Source: Actinomycetes bacterium (GTDB lineage: Bacteria > Actinomycetota > Actinomycetes > S36-B12). From it: DNA of 64,000 nucleotides. Location: NCBI GenBank assembly GCA_965227045.1, contig OZ245718.1, positions 280,654-344,653 of the forward strand, read 5' to 3'. Shown here in pieces: positions 10,708 through 21,900 of this stretch; the stretch's first letter is position 1, and every line of letters begins with the position of its first letter. Below the pieces are notes generated by a model that was not told the origin of the DNA, searched no databases, and worked only from the letters and a program-made list of their open reading frames with translations. A program made the position numbers and the translations under genes.

Positions 10708-12383
10708 CGCCGACGAACCTGCCCTCGCCTCCGCCCCTGGCCAAGGGAACGCTACGGATCTTCGCTCTCGGTGGTCTAGGCGAGATCGGTCGCAACATGA
10801 CCGTCTTCGAGTACGACGGACGCCTTCTCATCGTCGATTGCGGGGTGCTGTTTCCCGAGGAGTCGCAGCCCGGCATCGACCTGATCCTTCCCGACTTCGG
10901 TCCGATCATCGATCGCATGGACGACATCGAGGCCGTCGTCCTGACGCACGGTCACGAGGACCACATCGGCGCGGTTCCCTACCTCCTGCGTAACCGCCGC
11001 GACATCCCGATCCTCGGGTCGCGGCTGACTCTTGCTTTGCTTGAAGCCAAGCTCAAGGAGCACCGCATCCCGCCGGTGTCCCTCGACGTGGTCGACGGGC
11101 AGCGGGAGAAGCTCGGACCGTTCGAGGTCGAGTTCATCGCCGTGAATCACTCGATCCCCGACGCGATGGCCGTCGCGATCCACACCCCGGCCGGCGTCGT
11201 GCTGCACACCGGCGACTTCAAGATGGACCAGCTTCCGCTCGATGGGCGGATCACCGACCTCAACGCGTTCGCGCGCCTGGGCGATGCGGGCGTCGATCTC
11301 TTCCTCGTCGACAGCACGAATGCCGAGGTCCCCGGGTTCGTCACGAGCGAGCGCGACATCCTTCCGGTGCTCGACGCGGTGTTCCTCAAGGCCGAGGGCC
11401 GCATCATCGTGGCCTCGTTCGCCTCGCACATTCATCGAGTGCAGCAGATCATCGACATCGCGGCGCTGCACGATCGCAAGATCGCATTCGTCGGACGATC
11501 GATGGTGCGCAACATGGGCATCGCTCGTGACCTCGGCTACCTGAAGGTGCCCGGTGGCATGGTCGTCACGGCCGACGATCTCGCCGATCTGCCGGACGAC
11601 GAGGCGGTGCTCATCTGCACCGGCTCGCAGGGGGAGCCGATGGCTGTGCTCTCGCGCATCGCCAACCGCGACCACCCGATCAGCGTCGGTCCGAGCGACA
11701 CGATCGTGCTGGCCTCATCGCTGATACCCGGTAACGAGAACTCGGTGTTCCGCGTCATCAACGGCCTGTCGAAGCTCGGTGCCAACGTCGTGCACAAGGG
11801 CAACGCGCTCGTGCACGTCTCGGGTCACGCAGCCGCGGGCGAACTGCGCTACGTCTACAACATCGTCAAGCCGCGCAACGTCATGCCGGTCCATGGCGAG
11901 TGGCGGCACATGCGCGCGAACGCGGCCATCGCGACGAGCACGGGGATTCCTTCCGAACGCGTCGTACTCGCCGACGACGGGGTGGTCGTCGACCTCGTCG
12001 ACGGGGTCGCGTCGATCACGGGCTACGTGCCGGTGGGCTTCGTGTACGTCGACGGCATCGGTGTTGGAGACGTCACCGAGACCTCGCTCAAGGACCGCCG
12101 CGTGCTGGGCGAGGAGGGCTTCATCTCGATCTTCGTCGTGGTCGACGCGGTTGACTTCAAGGTCGTGGCCGGCCCCGAGATCCACGTCCGCGGCTTCGGC
12201 GCCGAGGAGGAGTTGCGCGGGCCGCTCATGGAGCAGGTGAGCCGGACGATCGATGCCGCGCTGGCCGACGGGATCACCGACACCCATGAGCTGCAGCAGC
12301 GGATCCGCCGGGCGGTGGGCAAGTGGATCAACACCACGCATCGCCGCCGGCCGATGATCATCCCCGTCGTCGTCGAGGCCTAG
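10704..12383 (+). CDS. rnj: ribonuclease J
   Basis: Metallo-beta-lactamase HGHEDHIGA motif with beta-CASP region. ATGA overlap with dapA. Confidence 0.92.
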   Translation: MTPTNLPSPPPLAKGTLRIFALGGLGEIGRNMTVFEYDGRLLIVDCGVLFPEESQPGIDLILPDFGPIIDRMDDIEAVVLTHGHEDHIGAVPYLLRNRRDIPILGSRLTLALLEAKLKEHRIPPVSLDVVDGQREKLGPFEVEFIAVNHSIPDAMAVAIHTPAGVVLHTGDFKMDQLPLDGRITDLNAFARLGDAGVDLFLVDSTNAEVPGFVTSERDILPVLDAVFLKAEGRIIVASFASHIHRVQQIIDIAALHDRKIAFVGRSMVRNMGIARDLGYLKVPGGMVVTADDLADLPDDEAVLICTGSQGEPMAVLSRIANRDHPISVGPSDTIVLASSLIPGNENSVFRVINGLSKLGANVVHKGNALVHVSGHAAAGELRYVYNIVKPRNVMPVHGEWRHMRANAAIATSTGIPSERVVLADDGVVVDLVDGVASITGYVPVGFVYVDGIGVGDVTETSLKDRRVLGEEGFISIFVVVDAVDFKVVAGPEIHVRGFGAEEELRGPLMEQVSRTIDAALADGITDTHELQQRIRRAVGKWINTTHRRRPMIIPVVVEA

Positions 12384-12398
12384 ACGGCGCCGCACCCC

Positions 12399-12464
12399 AA
12401 CGCGAGTGGGCAGTTGTCGGGGTCAGAACGACGGTTCTGGCCCCGACAACTGCCCACTCGCGTT
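12399..12464. repeat. family-B palindromic element (31-bp arms, 1 mismatch, 4-nt loop), likely a bidirectional terminator
   Basis: aacgcgagtgggcagttgtcggggtcagaac / gttctggccccgacaactgcccactcgcgtt, lying between convergent rnj and 12463..12957. Confidence 0.85.
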
Positions 12465-12957
12465 AGCGGTGGAAGTCGTAGTCCTTGACGAACGAGTAGA
12501 TGTCGAAGTCGGAGAAGTTCACGTCGTCGAGATCGATGGTGCCGCCCGATTGGAACTCACCCCGTGGGTCCCAGGTGACGACGTTGTAGCCGCGACCCAG
12601 TGAGGGGACCGCGTACCTGTGGGGCTTGCCGCACGCCTTCATGGTCAGGTCGTAGGTTCGGCCGGCGATTGGCTGTCGGGTCGGATTCCAGACGGCGACG
12701 GCGACCGGGCGGTCCGACTCGTCGGTGATGCTGACTCTCAAGGGCAAGGCAGCGGCCGCGCGCCTGGAGTTCTCGACGTCGATGGCCACGGGTATGTCGA
12801 CGCATCTGCCCTTGGCCGGGCCCGTGACCTCGGCGATCCTGACCGAGCCGAACGGGGTCGTGAACTCCACGTTCTCGACCTTGGCGCTGGCCGGCGAGGC
12901 GAGGGCGAGAACCGTCAGGGGGATCGCTCCGGCGAGGAGCGCCGCGATGCGCCTCAT
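12463..12957 (-). CDS. secreted protein of unknown function
   Basis: 164 aa with Sec signal peptide MRRIAALLAGAIPLTVLALASPASA. Flanked on both sides by family-B repeats. Confidence 0.6.
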   Translation of the reverse strand: MRRIAALLAGAIPLTVLALASPASAKVENVEFTTPFGSVRIAEVTGPAKGRCVDIPVAIDVENSRRAAAALPLRVSITDESDRPVAVAVWNPTRQPIAGRTYDLTMKACGKPHRYAVPSLGRGYNVVTWDPRGEFQSGGTIDLDDVNFSDFDIYSFVKDYDFHR

Positions 12958-13010
12958 GTGCTGGTCTCCTTCGCCGTAGTCCGTTCGCGAGCCTAGCGGG
13001 GGCCAGCAGC

Positions 13011-13074
13011 CCCGCGAGTGGGCAGTTGTGGTCGTCCGATGTCCGTTTTGTGCAGCCACAACTGCCCACTCGCG
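13011..13074. repeat. family-B palindromic element copy 2 (20-bp arms, 24-nt loop)
   Basis: ccgcgagtgggcagttgtgg / ccacaactgcccactcgcgg. Shares the core CGCGAGTGGGCAGTTGT with 12399..12464. Confidence 0.85.
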
Positions 13075-13136
13075 GATGGGGATGTGGCGCGTGTGGCTAC
13101 CGTTACCAGTGGGGTCTGACCAGTAGGCTGCCCGCC

Positions 13137-15677
13137 ATGGCTTCCCGCACGTCTTCCCCCGCGCGTCGCAGCTCAACCAAGCGACCCACGCAGCCGGCAC
13201 GCTCGGCCGCGCCCCGTCCGCCTGCCAAGTCGCGCGCCAAGCGCCCCGTGCAGCCCGGTCCGGTGCCTCGGGCCTTCGCGGCGATCGGGCGGTTCCTGCG
13301 GGCCATCTGGCTGGGCCTCGCGCACGTCCTGGGTGCCGCATCCCGCGCCATCGGCCGGGGCGCTCGCGACCTCGACCCCGCGCATCGCCGCGACGGACTG
13401 GGGCTGACCCTCGTCGCCGGTGCCGCGATCCTCGTCGCGGCCACGTGGTTCGGCGTCGACGGCTGGTTCGTGTCCTGGGCGAGCACCATCGTCGTCGCGC
13501 TGATCGGTTCCCTCGACTGGATCGCGCCGCTCATCCTGCTGGGCCTGGCCTGGCGGTTCCTGCGGCACCCTGACGACAACGCGACGACCGGGCGCCTGGT
13601 CATCGGCAGCTCGGCCGTTCTCTTCGGAGTCGTCGGCCTGTGGCACCTCGCGCAAGGCGGCGCGACCCCGAGCGACGGGGCAGACGCCATGGCCGCTGGC
13701 GGCGGCGTGATCGGCTGGCTGGCCACCGCACCCGTTGTCTCCGCGGTTGGCACGATCGTCGGCGCCATCGTCCTCGTCCTCCTGCTGATATTCGGTGTGC
13801 TCGTGCTCACCGCCACGTCGCTCGCCTCGATCCGCACCCGCGCGATGTCCATCGTGCGCGGTGCCGGCGGCGCGCTTCGCCGCACGCCGTCGACCGACGA
13901 CCCGGCGGACTCGATCGATGATGCCGACGCAGCCGACGCGGACGGCGACGACGAGCCGGCATTCCGCGTCTCGCCGGCCCCGGACATCCACTACACGACC
14001 ACCATCCTCGAGGACGAGGACCGCCCGGCAGCAGTCCTCATGGCCGGACTCGGCGTGCCGGCGGCGTCGACCAGCACCGACGACCTGGTCGACGAGTGGG
14101 CCGTCGAGGACGAGCCCGACCTGTCAGGACATCCCGCACGCAACGAGACGGTCGTCGTCGGCAAGGCCAAGAAGGCCGCTCCGCGCCAGCTGACGCTGCC
14201 GCGGCGTTCGCCCTACGCGCTGCCCAAGCGCGACTCACTGCGCACCGGGCCCGCTCACAAGACAGCGACCAAGGCCAACGAGCACGTCGTCGCCGCGCTG
14301 ACCGAGGTACTCGAGCAGTTCGCGATCGATGCCGCCGTCACCGGATTCATGCGCGGACCGACAGTCACCCGCTACGAGATCGAGCTCGGCCCGAGCGTCA
14401 AGGTCGAGCGCGTCACCGCGCTCAGCAAGAACATCGCCTACGCCGTCGCCAGCGCGGACGTGCGCATCCTCAGCCCCATCCCGGGCAAGAAGGCCATCGG
14501 CGTCGAGATCCCGAACACCGACCGCGAGCTCGTGGCGCTCGGCGACGTGCTGCGCAGCAGCGCTGCGACAAGCGACCACCATCCGCTCGCAGCCGCGATC
14601 GGCAAGGACGTCGAGGGCGGTTTCGTCATCGCCGATCTCGCGCGCATGCCTCACCTCCTCGTTGCGGGTGCTACCGGCGCGGGCAAGTCGAGCTGCATCA
14701 ACAGCCTCATCACCTCGATCCTCATGCGTGCGACTCCCGAGGAAGTCCGCATGATCCTCGTCGACCCCAAGCGAGTGGAACTGTCTGCGTACGAAGGGGT
14801 TCCTCACCTCATCACGCCGATCATCACGAACCCGAAGAAGGCGGCCGACGCACTGCAGTGGGTCGTCAAGGAGATGGACCGTCGCTACGACGACCTCGCG
14901 CAGTTCGGCTTCCGTCACATCGACCAGTTCAACGCCGCCGTGCTTGCCGGCAAGGTCAAGCCGCTGCCGGGCAGCGAGCGCGAGATCCAGACGTACCCGT
15001 ACCTGCTCGTCATCGTTGACGAGCTTGCCGACCTCATGATGGTCGCTCCGCGTGACGTCGAGGACTGCATCGTGCGCATCACGCAGCTCGCGCGCGCGGC
15101 GGGCATCCACCTCGTCCTCGCGACGCAGCGGCCCAGCGTCGACGTCGTCACCGGACTCATCAAGGCCAACGTCCCGAGCCGGCTCGCCTTCGCAACGTCG
15201 AGCGTCACGGACAGCCGCGTCATCCTCGACCAGCCCGGCGCCGAGAAGCTGGTCGGACAGGGCGACGGCCTGTTCTTGCCGATGGGCGCGAACAAGGCAA
15301 TGCGCATCCAGGGAGCGTTCGTGTCCGAGGCCGAGATCAAGGCCGTGGTCGCGCACTGCAAGGCCCAGGGCGAGGCAGTGTTCATTCCCGACGTTGTCGC
15401 CCCGGCGTCGGCGTCCCGAGAGGTGGACGCCGAGATCGGCGACGACCTGGACATCCTGCTGCAGGCCGTGGAGTTGGTCGTGACGACGCAGTTCGGATCG
15501 ACGTCGATGCTCCAGCGCAAGCTGCGCGTCGGCTTCGCCAAGGCTGGCCGGCTCATGGATCTCATGGAGACCCGAGGCGTTGTGGGCCCGAGCGAGGGCT
15601 CCAAGGCACGAGATGTACTGGTTAAGCCGGATGATCTTCCTGGTCTGCTGCTGCTCCTTAGGGGCGAGTCCGAGTAG
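13137..15677 (+). CDS. ftsK: DNA translocase FtsK
   Basis: N-terminal TM segments, Pro/Asp-rich linker, P-loop GATGAGKS and a C-terminal gamma domain. ATG 13137 chosen inside the track ORF. Confidence 0.92.
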   Translation: MASRTSSPARRSSTKRPTQPARSAAPRPPAKSRAKRPVQPGPVPRAFAAIGRFLRAIWLGLAHVLGAASRAIGRGARDLDPAHRRDGLGLTLVAGAAILVAATWFGVDGWFVSWASTIVVALIGSLDWIAPLILLGLAWRFLRHPDDNATTGRLVIGSSAVLFGVVGLWHLAQGGATPSDGADAMAAGGGVIGWLATAPVVSAVGTIVGAIVLVLLLIFGVLVLTATSLASIRTRAMSIVRGAGGALRRTPSTDDPADSIDDADAADADGDDEPAFRVSPAPDIHYTTTILEDEDRPAAVLMAGLGVPAASTSTDDLVDEWAVEDEPDLSGHPARNETVVVGKAKKAAPRQLTLPRRSPYALPKRDSLRTGPAHKTATKANEHVVAALTEVLEQFAIDAAVTGFMRGPTVTRYEIELGPSVKVERVTALSKNIAYAVASADVRILSPIPGKKAIGVEIPNTDRELVALGDVLRSSAATSDHHPLAAAIGKDVEGGFVIADLARMPHLLVAGATGAGKSSCINSLITSILMRATPEEVRMILVDPKRVELSAYEGVPHLITPIITNPKKAADALQWVVKEMDRRYDDLAQFGFRHIDQFNAAVLAGKVKPLPGSEREIQTYPYLLVIVDELADLMMVAPRDVEDCIVRITQLARAAGIHLVLATQRPSVDVVTGLIKANVPSRLAFATSSVTDSRVILDQPGAEKLVGQGDGLFLPMGANKAMRIQGAFVSEAEIKAVVAHCKAQGEAVFIPDVVAPASASREVDAEIGDDLDILLQAVELVVTTQFGSTSMLQRKLRVGFAKAGRLMDLMETRGVVGPSEGSKARDVLVKPDDLPGLLLLLRGESE

Positions 15678-15743
15678 AGGCGCGTGCACCGATCCGGCAC
15701 ACCGCATACGATGGCCGTTCACTAGTAAGCCGCAGGAGGTCGC

Positions 15744-15989
15744 ATGTCCGCAGGACAGATGCTCAACGCGGCCCGGGTTGACCGAGGAATCTCCCTCGAC
15801 GATCTCGCCCACACGACCAAGCTCCGTGCGTCGATTCTGGCCGCGATGGAGGGCGACGACTTCAGCCACTGCGGCGGCACGGTCTATGCGCGCGGGCAAT
15901 TGCGAGCGATAGCGCCCGTTCTCGGCCTGGATCCCGACGACCTCGTCGATGCCTTTGATCGTGAGTTGGGCCAGCGCCCACTTGACTGA
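15744..15989 (+). CDS. helix-turn-helix domain protein (RodZ N-terminal-like)
   Basis: 81 aa with [22 protein letters not shown]. gcaggagg SD before the ATG. Confidence 0.6.
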   Translation: MSAGQMLNAARVDRGISLDDLAHTTKLRASILAAMEGDDFSHCGGTVYARGQLRAIAPVLGLDPDDLVDAFDRELGQRPLD

Positions 15990-16014
15990 CCTGGCCGTTC
16001 CGTACTCTTGGACG

Positions 16015-17469
16015 GTGTCAAACAACAACAAGGTGGCTGTGGTCACCTTGGGCTGCGCCCGCAATGAGGTCGATTCCGAGGAGATGGCCGGACGGCTCGC
16101 GGCCAACGGCTGGGAACTGGTCGACGATCCCGAGGACGCCGACGCGGTGCTCGTCAACACCTGCGGCTTCGTCGAGGTAGCCAAGAAGGACTCGATCGAC
16201 GCGATCCTGGCGGTGTCCGACCTCAAGGATGGCGCGAACGGACCGCGCGCGGTCGTCGCCGTCGGCTGCCTCGCCGAGCGCTACGGCAATGAGCTCGCCG
16301 CCTCACTCCCCGAAGCCGACGCCGTTCTTGGGTTCGACGACTACCCCGACATCGGCGAGACCCTGCGGCGCATCGTCGCGGGCGAGCCGCACGTGCCGCA
16401 CGTGCCCACCGATCGACGCCAGCTGCTTCCGATCTCGCCGGTGGACCGGCAGGCCGCGAGCGGCTTCGTTCCCGGCCACGGCGACGCTCATGTCGACGAC
16501 GAGGCAGTCCCCGGCTGGCAGCCGCCGATCCTGCGTCGCCGGCTCGACGGCAGCCCGGTGGCGCCCGTCAAGCTTGCGTCGGGATGCGATCGCCGGTGCA
16601 CCTTCTGCGCGATCCCGTCGTTCCGCGGCTCGTTCGTCTCCCGACCTCCGGCGGACATCGTCGCGGAGATTGCCTGGCTGGTGGGCGAGGGCGCCACCGA
16701 GGCGGTGCTCGTGAGCGAGAACTCCACCTCCTACGGCAAGGACCTCGGCGACCTGCGCGCGCTGGAGGCACTGCTGCCGCGCATCGCCGCGGAGACGTCG
16801 ATCACCCGGGTGCGCGTGGCCTACCTTCAGCCCGCCGAGGTGCGGCCCGACCTGCTCGCGGCGATCGCCAAGGTCCCGGTGGTTGCGCCCTACTACGACC
16901 TGTCCTTCCAGCACGCGAGCCCGACCGTGCTGCGCCGGATGCGCAGGTTCGGCGGCCGGACCGAGTTCCTCGGCCTGGTCGACAGCATCCGCGCACTTGA
17001 CCCGGATGCCGGCATTCGCAGCAATGTCATCGTCGGCTTTCCCGGGGAGACCGAGGAGGAGTTCGACGACCTGCTCGCCTTCCTCGAGCAGGCGCGCCTC
17101 GACGCGGTCGGCGTGTTCGGCTACAGCGACGAGGACGGCACCGAGGCAGCGACGTTGCCGGACAAGCTCGACGACGACCTGATCCGCGAGCGGGTGGAGC
17201 GAGTCACCGCCCTGGTCGACGAGGTCATGGCGCAGCGCGCCGAGGATCGCATCGGCCAGCTCGTCGCGGTGCTCGTCGAGGCGATCGAGTTCGATGCCGA
17301 CGGCGAGCGGATCGCGATCGGCCATGCTGGCCACCAGGGCCCCGACGACGGCTCGACGGTGATGCTCATCGGCGACGCCGAGATTGCGGTCGGCGCACTC
17401 ATCCCTGCGCTCGTCGTCGACGTCGAGGGGGTAGACCTGCTGGCGGAGCTCGTCGAGCCGCCCGCATGA
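16015..17469 (+). CDS. rimO: ribosomal protein S12 methylthiotransferase
   Basis: [17 protein letters not shown]-terminus and radical-SAM CDRRCTFC motif. GTG 16015. Confidence 0.9.
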   Translation: MSNNNKVAVVTLGCARNEVDSEEMAGRLAANGWELVDDPEDADAVLVNTCGFVEVAKKDSIDAILAVSDLKDGANGPRAVVAVGCLAERYGNELAASLPEADAVLGFDDYPDIGETLRRIVAGEPHVPHVPTDRRQLLPISPVDRQAASGFVPGHGDAHVDDEAVPGWQPPILRRRLDGSPVAPVKLASGCDRRCTFCAIPSFRGSFVSRPPADIVAEIAWLVGEGATEAVLVSENSTSYGKDLGDLRALEALLPRIAAETSITRVRVAYLQPAEVRPDLLAAIAKVPVVAPYYDLSFQHASPTVLRRMRRFGGRTEFLGLVDSIRALDPDAGIRSNVIVGFPGETEEEFDDLLAFLEQARLDAVGVFGYSDEDGTEAATLPDKLDDDLIRERVERVTALVDEVMAQRAEDRIGQLVAVLVEAIEFDADGERIAIGHAGHQGPDDGSTVMLIGDAEIAVGALIPALVVDVEGVDLLAELVEPPA

Positions 17470-18101
17470 GGCCCACGGTGCCCGACCGGGCCGCGGACCC
17501 GGTCGGTGACGCACCGCTCGTCAATCTCCCCAACGCCCTGACCATCCTGCGGGTGCTGTGCGTTCCGCTGCTCGCGGTCCTGCTCGCCGTCGACGACGGC
17601 CAACTCGGCCCCGCACGCGACGCCGCCGCGATCGTCTTCGTCCTCGCGTCCATCACCGACCTCATGGACGGCGCGATCGCGCGTCGATACGGGCTGGTGA
17701 CCACGTTCGGTAAGGTCGCCGATCCGATCGCCGACAAGGCGCTCACCGGCGTCGCGCTGATCGGCCTGTCGATCCTGGGTGACCTCACGTGGTGGGTCAC
17801 CGCGGTGATCCTGGTCCGCGAGATCGGCGTGACCCTGCTGCGCTTCTGGGTGATCGACCACGGCGTGATCCCCGCAAGTCGGGGCGGCAAGCTCAAGACC
17901 CTCGCGCAGACGACCGCGATCACGATGTACCTGGTCGACGTGCCGTGGCAGTGGTGGGCGATGGCGAGCGCATGGGTGATGGCCGTTGCCGTGGTCCTGA
18001 CCATCGTCACCGGGCTCGACTACGTCGTGCGTGCCGTGCGCCTGCGCCGCCAGCCGGTGCCCACGCGCACCAATCTCGGAGTGCACCGTGACCCTGTATG
18101 A
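17466..18101 (+). CDS. pgsA: CDP-diacylglycerol--glycerol-3-phosphate 3-phosphatidyltransferase
   Basis: CDP-alcohol phosphatidyltransferase motif [12 protein letters not shown]...[10 protein letters not shown]. Confidence 0.9.
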   Translation: MRPTVPDRAADPVGDAPLVNLPNALTILRVLCVPLLAVLLAVDDGQLGPARDAAAIVFVLASITDLMDGAIARRYGLVTTFGKVADPIADKALTGVALIGLSILGDLTWWVTAVILVREIGVTLLRFWVIDHGVIPASRGGKLKTLAQTTAITMYLVDVPWQWWAMASAWVMAVAVVLTIVTGLDYVVRAVRLRRQPVPTRTNLGVHRDPV

Positions 18102-18561
18102 CGACGCTCGGGAGATCGTCGGCCTCTGCATCGCTCGCGGTCTGACACTGGGGACCGGCGAGTCGCTCACGGCGGGCCTGATCGCCTCGACCCTCGCGGA
18201 GATCCCGGGCTGCTCGACCATGCTCCGGGGCGCGATCGTGGCCTACCACCCCGACCTCAAGCGCGACCTGCTCCGCGTTCCTGAGGAGGACCTCGCCCGC
18301 GGCGTGGTGAGCCGGGCGGTGGCGATCGCCATGGCCACGGGGGCGTCCACGGTGCTCGGCGCGGATATCGGCATCGGTACGACCGGGGTCGCCGGTCCGG
18401 ACCCGCACGACGGTGAGCCGGCCGGCTCGGTCTGGATTGCGGTTTGCGGGCCGGACGGCACGCGGTCCCGGCACCTGACGATTCCGGGGGAACGCCAGGA
18501 GGTGCGACGTCAGACCGTCGCGGCATGCTTCGCCCTGGTGCTGGATGGACTGCGGGAATAG
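18088..18561 (+). CDS. CinA C-terminal domain protein (nicotinamide-nucleotide amidohydrolase PncC-like)
   Basis: GESLTAGL motif in the pgsA-cinA-clgR synteny. GTG 18088. Confidence 0.85.
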   Translation: MTLYDDAREIVGLCIARGLTLGTGESLTAGLIASTLAEIPGCSTMLRGAIVAYHPDLKRDLLRVPEEDLARGVVSRAVAIAMATGASTVLGADIGIGTTGVAGPDPHDGEPAGSVWIAVCGPDGTRSRHLTIPGERQEVRRQTVAACFALVLDGLRE

Positions 18562-18663
18562 GCCGCCATAGCGCTGCGTTGCCCACGGCAAGGAACCTCG
18601 ATCAGCGCTAACCCGTCACATCCAGATAGCGTGAAGCGAGTCCTATCGATGAAGGGAGGGGTC

Positions 18664-18939
18664 GTGATCGTCCTCAGGCACGTCATTGGCGATGAACTGC
18701 GTCGCCGTCGAAAGGATCAGGGCCGCACCCTCCGGGATGTCTCCGGGGCCGCTGCCGTCTCCCTGGGCTACCTCTCCGAGGTGGAGCGGGGTCAAAAGGA
18801 GGCATCCAGCGAACTGCTGGGGGCCATCTGCTCGGCGCTCGAGGTGTCGCTTTCGGACGTCTTGGCTTCGGTGAGCTTCCAGGTTGCCGAGGCGGAAACC
18901 GCCGAGGAGCCGCTCAGGCCGTCGTTCGCGGGAGTCTGA
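18664..18939 (+). CDS. clgR: XRE-family transcriptional regulator ClgR
   Basis: [48 protein letters not shown] closely resembles actinobacterial ClgR. GTG 18664 follows gggagggg. Confidence 0.85.
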   Translation: MIVLRHVIGDELRRRRKDQGRTLRDVSGAAAVSLGYLSEVERGQKEASSELLGAICSALEVSLSDVLASVSFQVAEAETAEEPLRPSFAGV

Positions 18940-21900
18940 CTCCTCGCGGAGTGGACAAGAACCCGGCTTCGCCCAGCGCGTGGGCGACTTCGGGATGCTG
19001 CGCGAGATCCGAGCCGTTGACGCGCGTGATCGGCGCGCGCCCGAAGCCCATGCGCGGTCCGCTGCGCGCCAGGGCCGCCGCGGCCACGACCAGCGCCTGG
19101 TCCCCGACCGGCCACGCAAGCACTGACTTTCCTCCGCGCTCGACATAGATCGCTGGCAGTCCGTCTACCAGCACGATCACCGCGCCCGCCTTCCGCGCGG
19201 GCCGATGCCCCTCGCCAGGCGGCCAGGCCAGCGCCGCGCCGTACGCGTTTGCGGGGTCGGTGGCCGCCATGACCACCACCTCCGGGTCACCATCGGTACG
19301 CGCCCGAAGCTGGTCCACCGCGACCGGGAGCGCGAACTGGGCCGCGCCCAGTCCGTCGACCGCGTAGGTGCGCCGGCAGCGGCCGGCATCCTCGAACGCC
19401 GACAGCACCCGGTAGACGCCGGCGAACCCGCCATCGATGTGCTCGGCGACCACGCTGCCCCGGGTGACGATCCCGTAGCGGTCCAGCAGTGCGTCGCCGA
19501 TGGCGCGGGCGCGCTCCGCGGGAACTGCGGGCCTCGGTGACAGGAGCGACCAGCGGCCCGCCGCTGCGGGCGGGCCGGAGCGGCTTGGCATGGACAGGCG
19601 CCCGCGCCGCCCACGAGTCGGGGGCCGAGGGGCACGTCCGCCGCCGGCCCGCGCGCGCAGGGCGGCCCAGCTGTCGTTCGTGACGTGCCCGGCCCACACG
19701 AGGGTCCACAGCGCCTCGATCACGTCCGCGTCGCCGGTGATCCCGATCGCCGCGGCTACCCGGTCGCTGACGTCTCGAAAGAAGTACGCGCCGCCGCCGG
19801 CCAAGGCCTCGATGACGGCATTCTCCGTGGGACCGAAGTCGTCGACGGTCGGCGTCGGCCGCAGCAGGTCCGCCCGATCAGCAGGCGCCAGTCCGACGAC
19901 CCCGTCACCACCGGCCAGGGATGACTCGCCCCACCACACGACATCGCCGGAAGTCGTCAGCTCGTCGAGCATGCCCGGGTGGAAGTCATCGACGCGGGCG
20001 GAGAAGACGCCATTGAGCCAGGTGCTGGCCGGCAGCGATACCCCGGCAAGCTGCTCGATGACCTCGTAGCAGCCGTCGACCCCACGGCGGGATGCTCGCG
20101 AGCCGTCGCTTGGGACCTTCTGCCAGCGGGTGAGGAACGCGGCGAACCGTTCAGGGGGAACCGGTTCGATCTCCTGGCGCAGGTGCGCGATGCTGCGTCG
20201 GCGGACCCGACGGAGCACCTCAGGGTCGCAGTACTCGGTATGCGAGCCGCCGGGCCGGAACTCTCCCCTGACCAGCCGGCCGGCGTCGACCAGCCGTTGC
20301 AGCACCTCGTCGACGACCGCGGGCGCCAGGCCCAGCGCCTCGGTGACCGCCTCGCGGGTGAACGGTCCGTGGGTTCGCCCGAACCGGCCGACGAGATCTC
20401 CCAGCGGGTCCGTGACCGGAGCCAGGTGCGCCTCGGGGATGCCGACGGGCAGTGCGACGCCGAGCGCATCGCGCAGGCGGCCGGCGTCCTCGATGGCTGC
20501 GGTGCGCGGCTCACCGGCGATGCGCACGAGAATCGCCCTGCGGCCCTCGCGCAGGCTGGCCAGCCATGCCGCGTCGACCCCGCGAGCAGCAGCAGCGTCG
20601 TCCGACAGCGGGCCGAGCAGCCTGAGCAGGTCGGCAGCTCCTTCGACATCGCGTGCGCGGTAGGCCTCGGCCATCCGCTGCAGTTCGGATTCGACCTCGT
20701 CGATGGCGTCGACGTCGAGCAGGTCTCGAAGCTCCGGCGTCCCGAGCAGCTCGGCCAGCAGGCGGGTGTCGAGAGTCAGCGCCTCGGCCCGCCGCTCGGC
20801 GAGAGGGGAGTCGCCTTCGTAGAGGAAGGACGCGACGTACCCGAACAGCAGGGACTGCGCGAACGGCGACGGGTGCTCGGTGAACACCTCGTGCACGCGC
20901 ACCCTCCCGTCGCGAAGGGAGGTCAGCAGGTCGCGAAGCGCCGGCACGTCGTAGACGTCCTGGAGGCACTCGCGGATCGTCTCGAGGATGATTGGGAAGG
21001 ACGCATACCCGGACGCGACCTCGAGCAGGTGCGAGGAGCGTTGCCGCTGCTGCCACAGTGGCGAGCGCTGCCCGGGGCGCCGGCGGGGGAGAAGCAGCGC
21101 GCGGGCGGCGCACTCGCGAAAGCGCGCCGCGAACAGCGCGGACCCGCCGACGTGCGCGGTGACCAGTGCCTCGATCTCCTCGGGCTCGATGCGGATCAGG
21201 TCCGCCACCGACTGCGCGGCCGCCTCGTCCTCGGTGTCGGGCAGGCGCAGGACGATGCCGTCGTCGGAGTGCATCACGTGCGCGTCGAGTCCGACGCTCT
21301 CGCGGATGCGGGCGCCAAGGGCGAGCGCCCACGGCGCGTGCACGCGCGCCCCGAATGGTGAGTGCACGATCACACGCCAGTCGCCGAGTTCGTCGCGGAA
21401 CCGCTCGACGACGATCGTCGTGTCGGTGGGCACCTGGTGGGTGGACTCGCGCTGCTCGGCGATGTAGGCCACGAGGTTCGTCGCAGCGCGCTCGTCGAGG
21501 TCCATCGTCGCGACGAATGCGTCGGGATCGCGGGAGGTCGACAGCCCGCGTACGAACGCGCCGACCGCCTCGCCGAGGGCGGCGGGACGGCCCAGCGCGT
21601 CGCCCTTCCAGAACGGCAGCCGCCCAGGGGCGCCGGGAGCCGGGGTGACCAGCACGCGATCGTGCGTGATCTCCTCGATCCGCCAGCTCGACGCACCGAG
21701 CGCGATCACGTCGCCGGTGCGCGACTCGTAGACCATCTCCTCGTCGAGCTCGCCGATCCGCGCGCCCTCCGTGCGGGTGGCCCCGACCAGATAGACGGCG
21801 AAGAGGCCTCGGTCGGGAATCGTCCCGCCGCTGGTGACCGCCAGGCGCTGGGCGCCGGGTCGGCCGGTGAGCAGATCGGTGGTGCGGTCCCAGACCAGGC

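Noticed and set aside
18579-18591. Palindrome TTGCC-CAC-GGCAA upstream of clgR as a ClgR operator.
   Set aside because: It does not match the CGC-N5-GCG core that I recall for ClgR sites. It is a short palindrome that could arise by chance.
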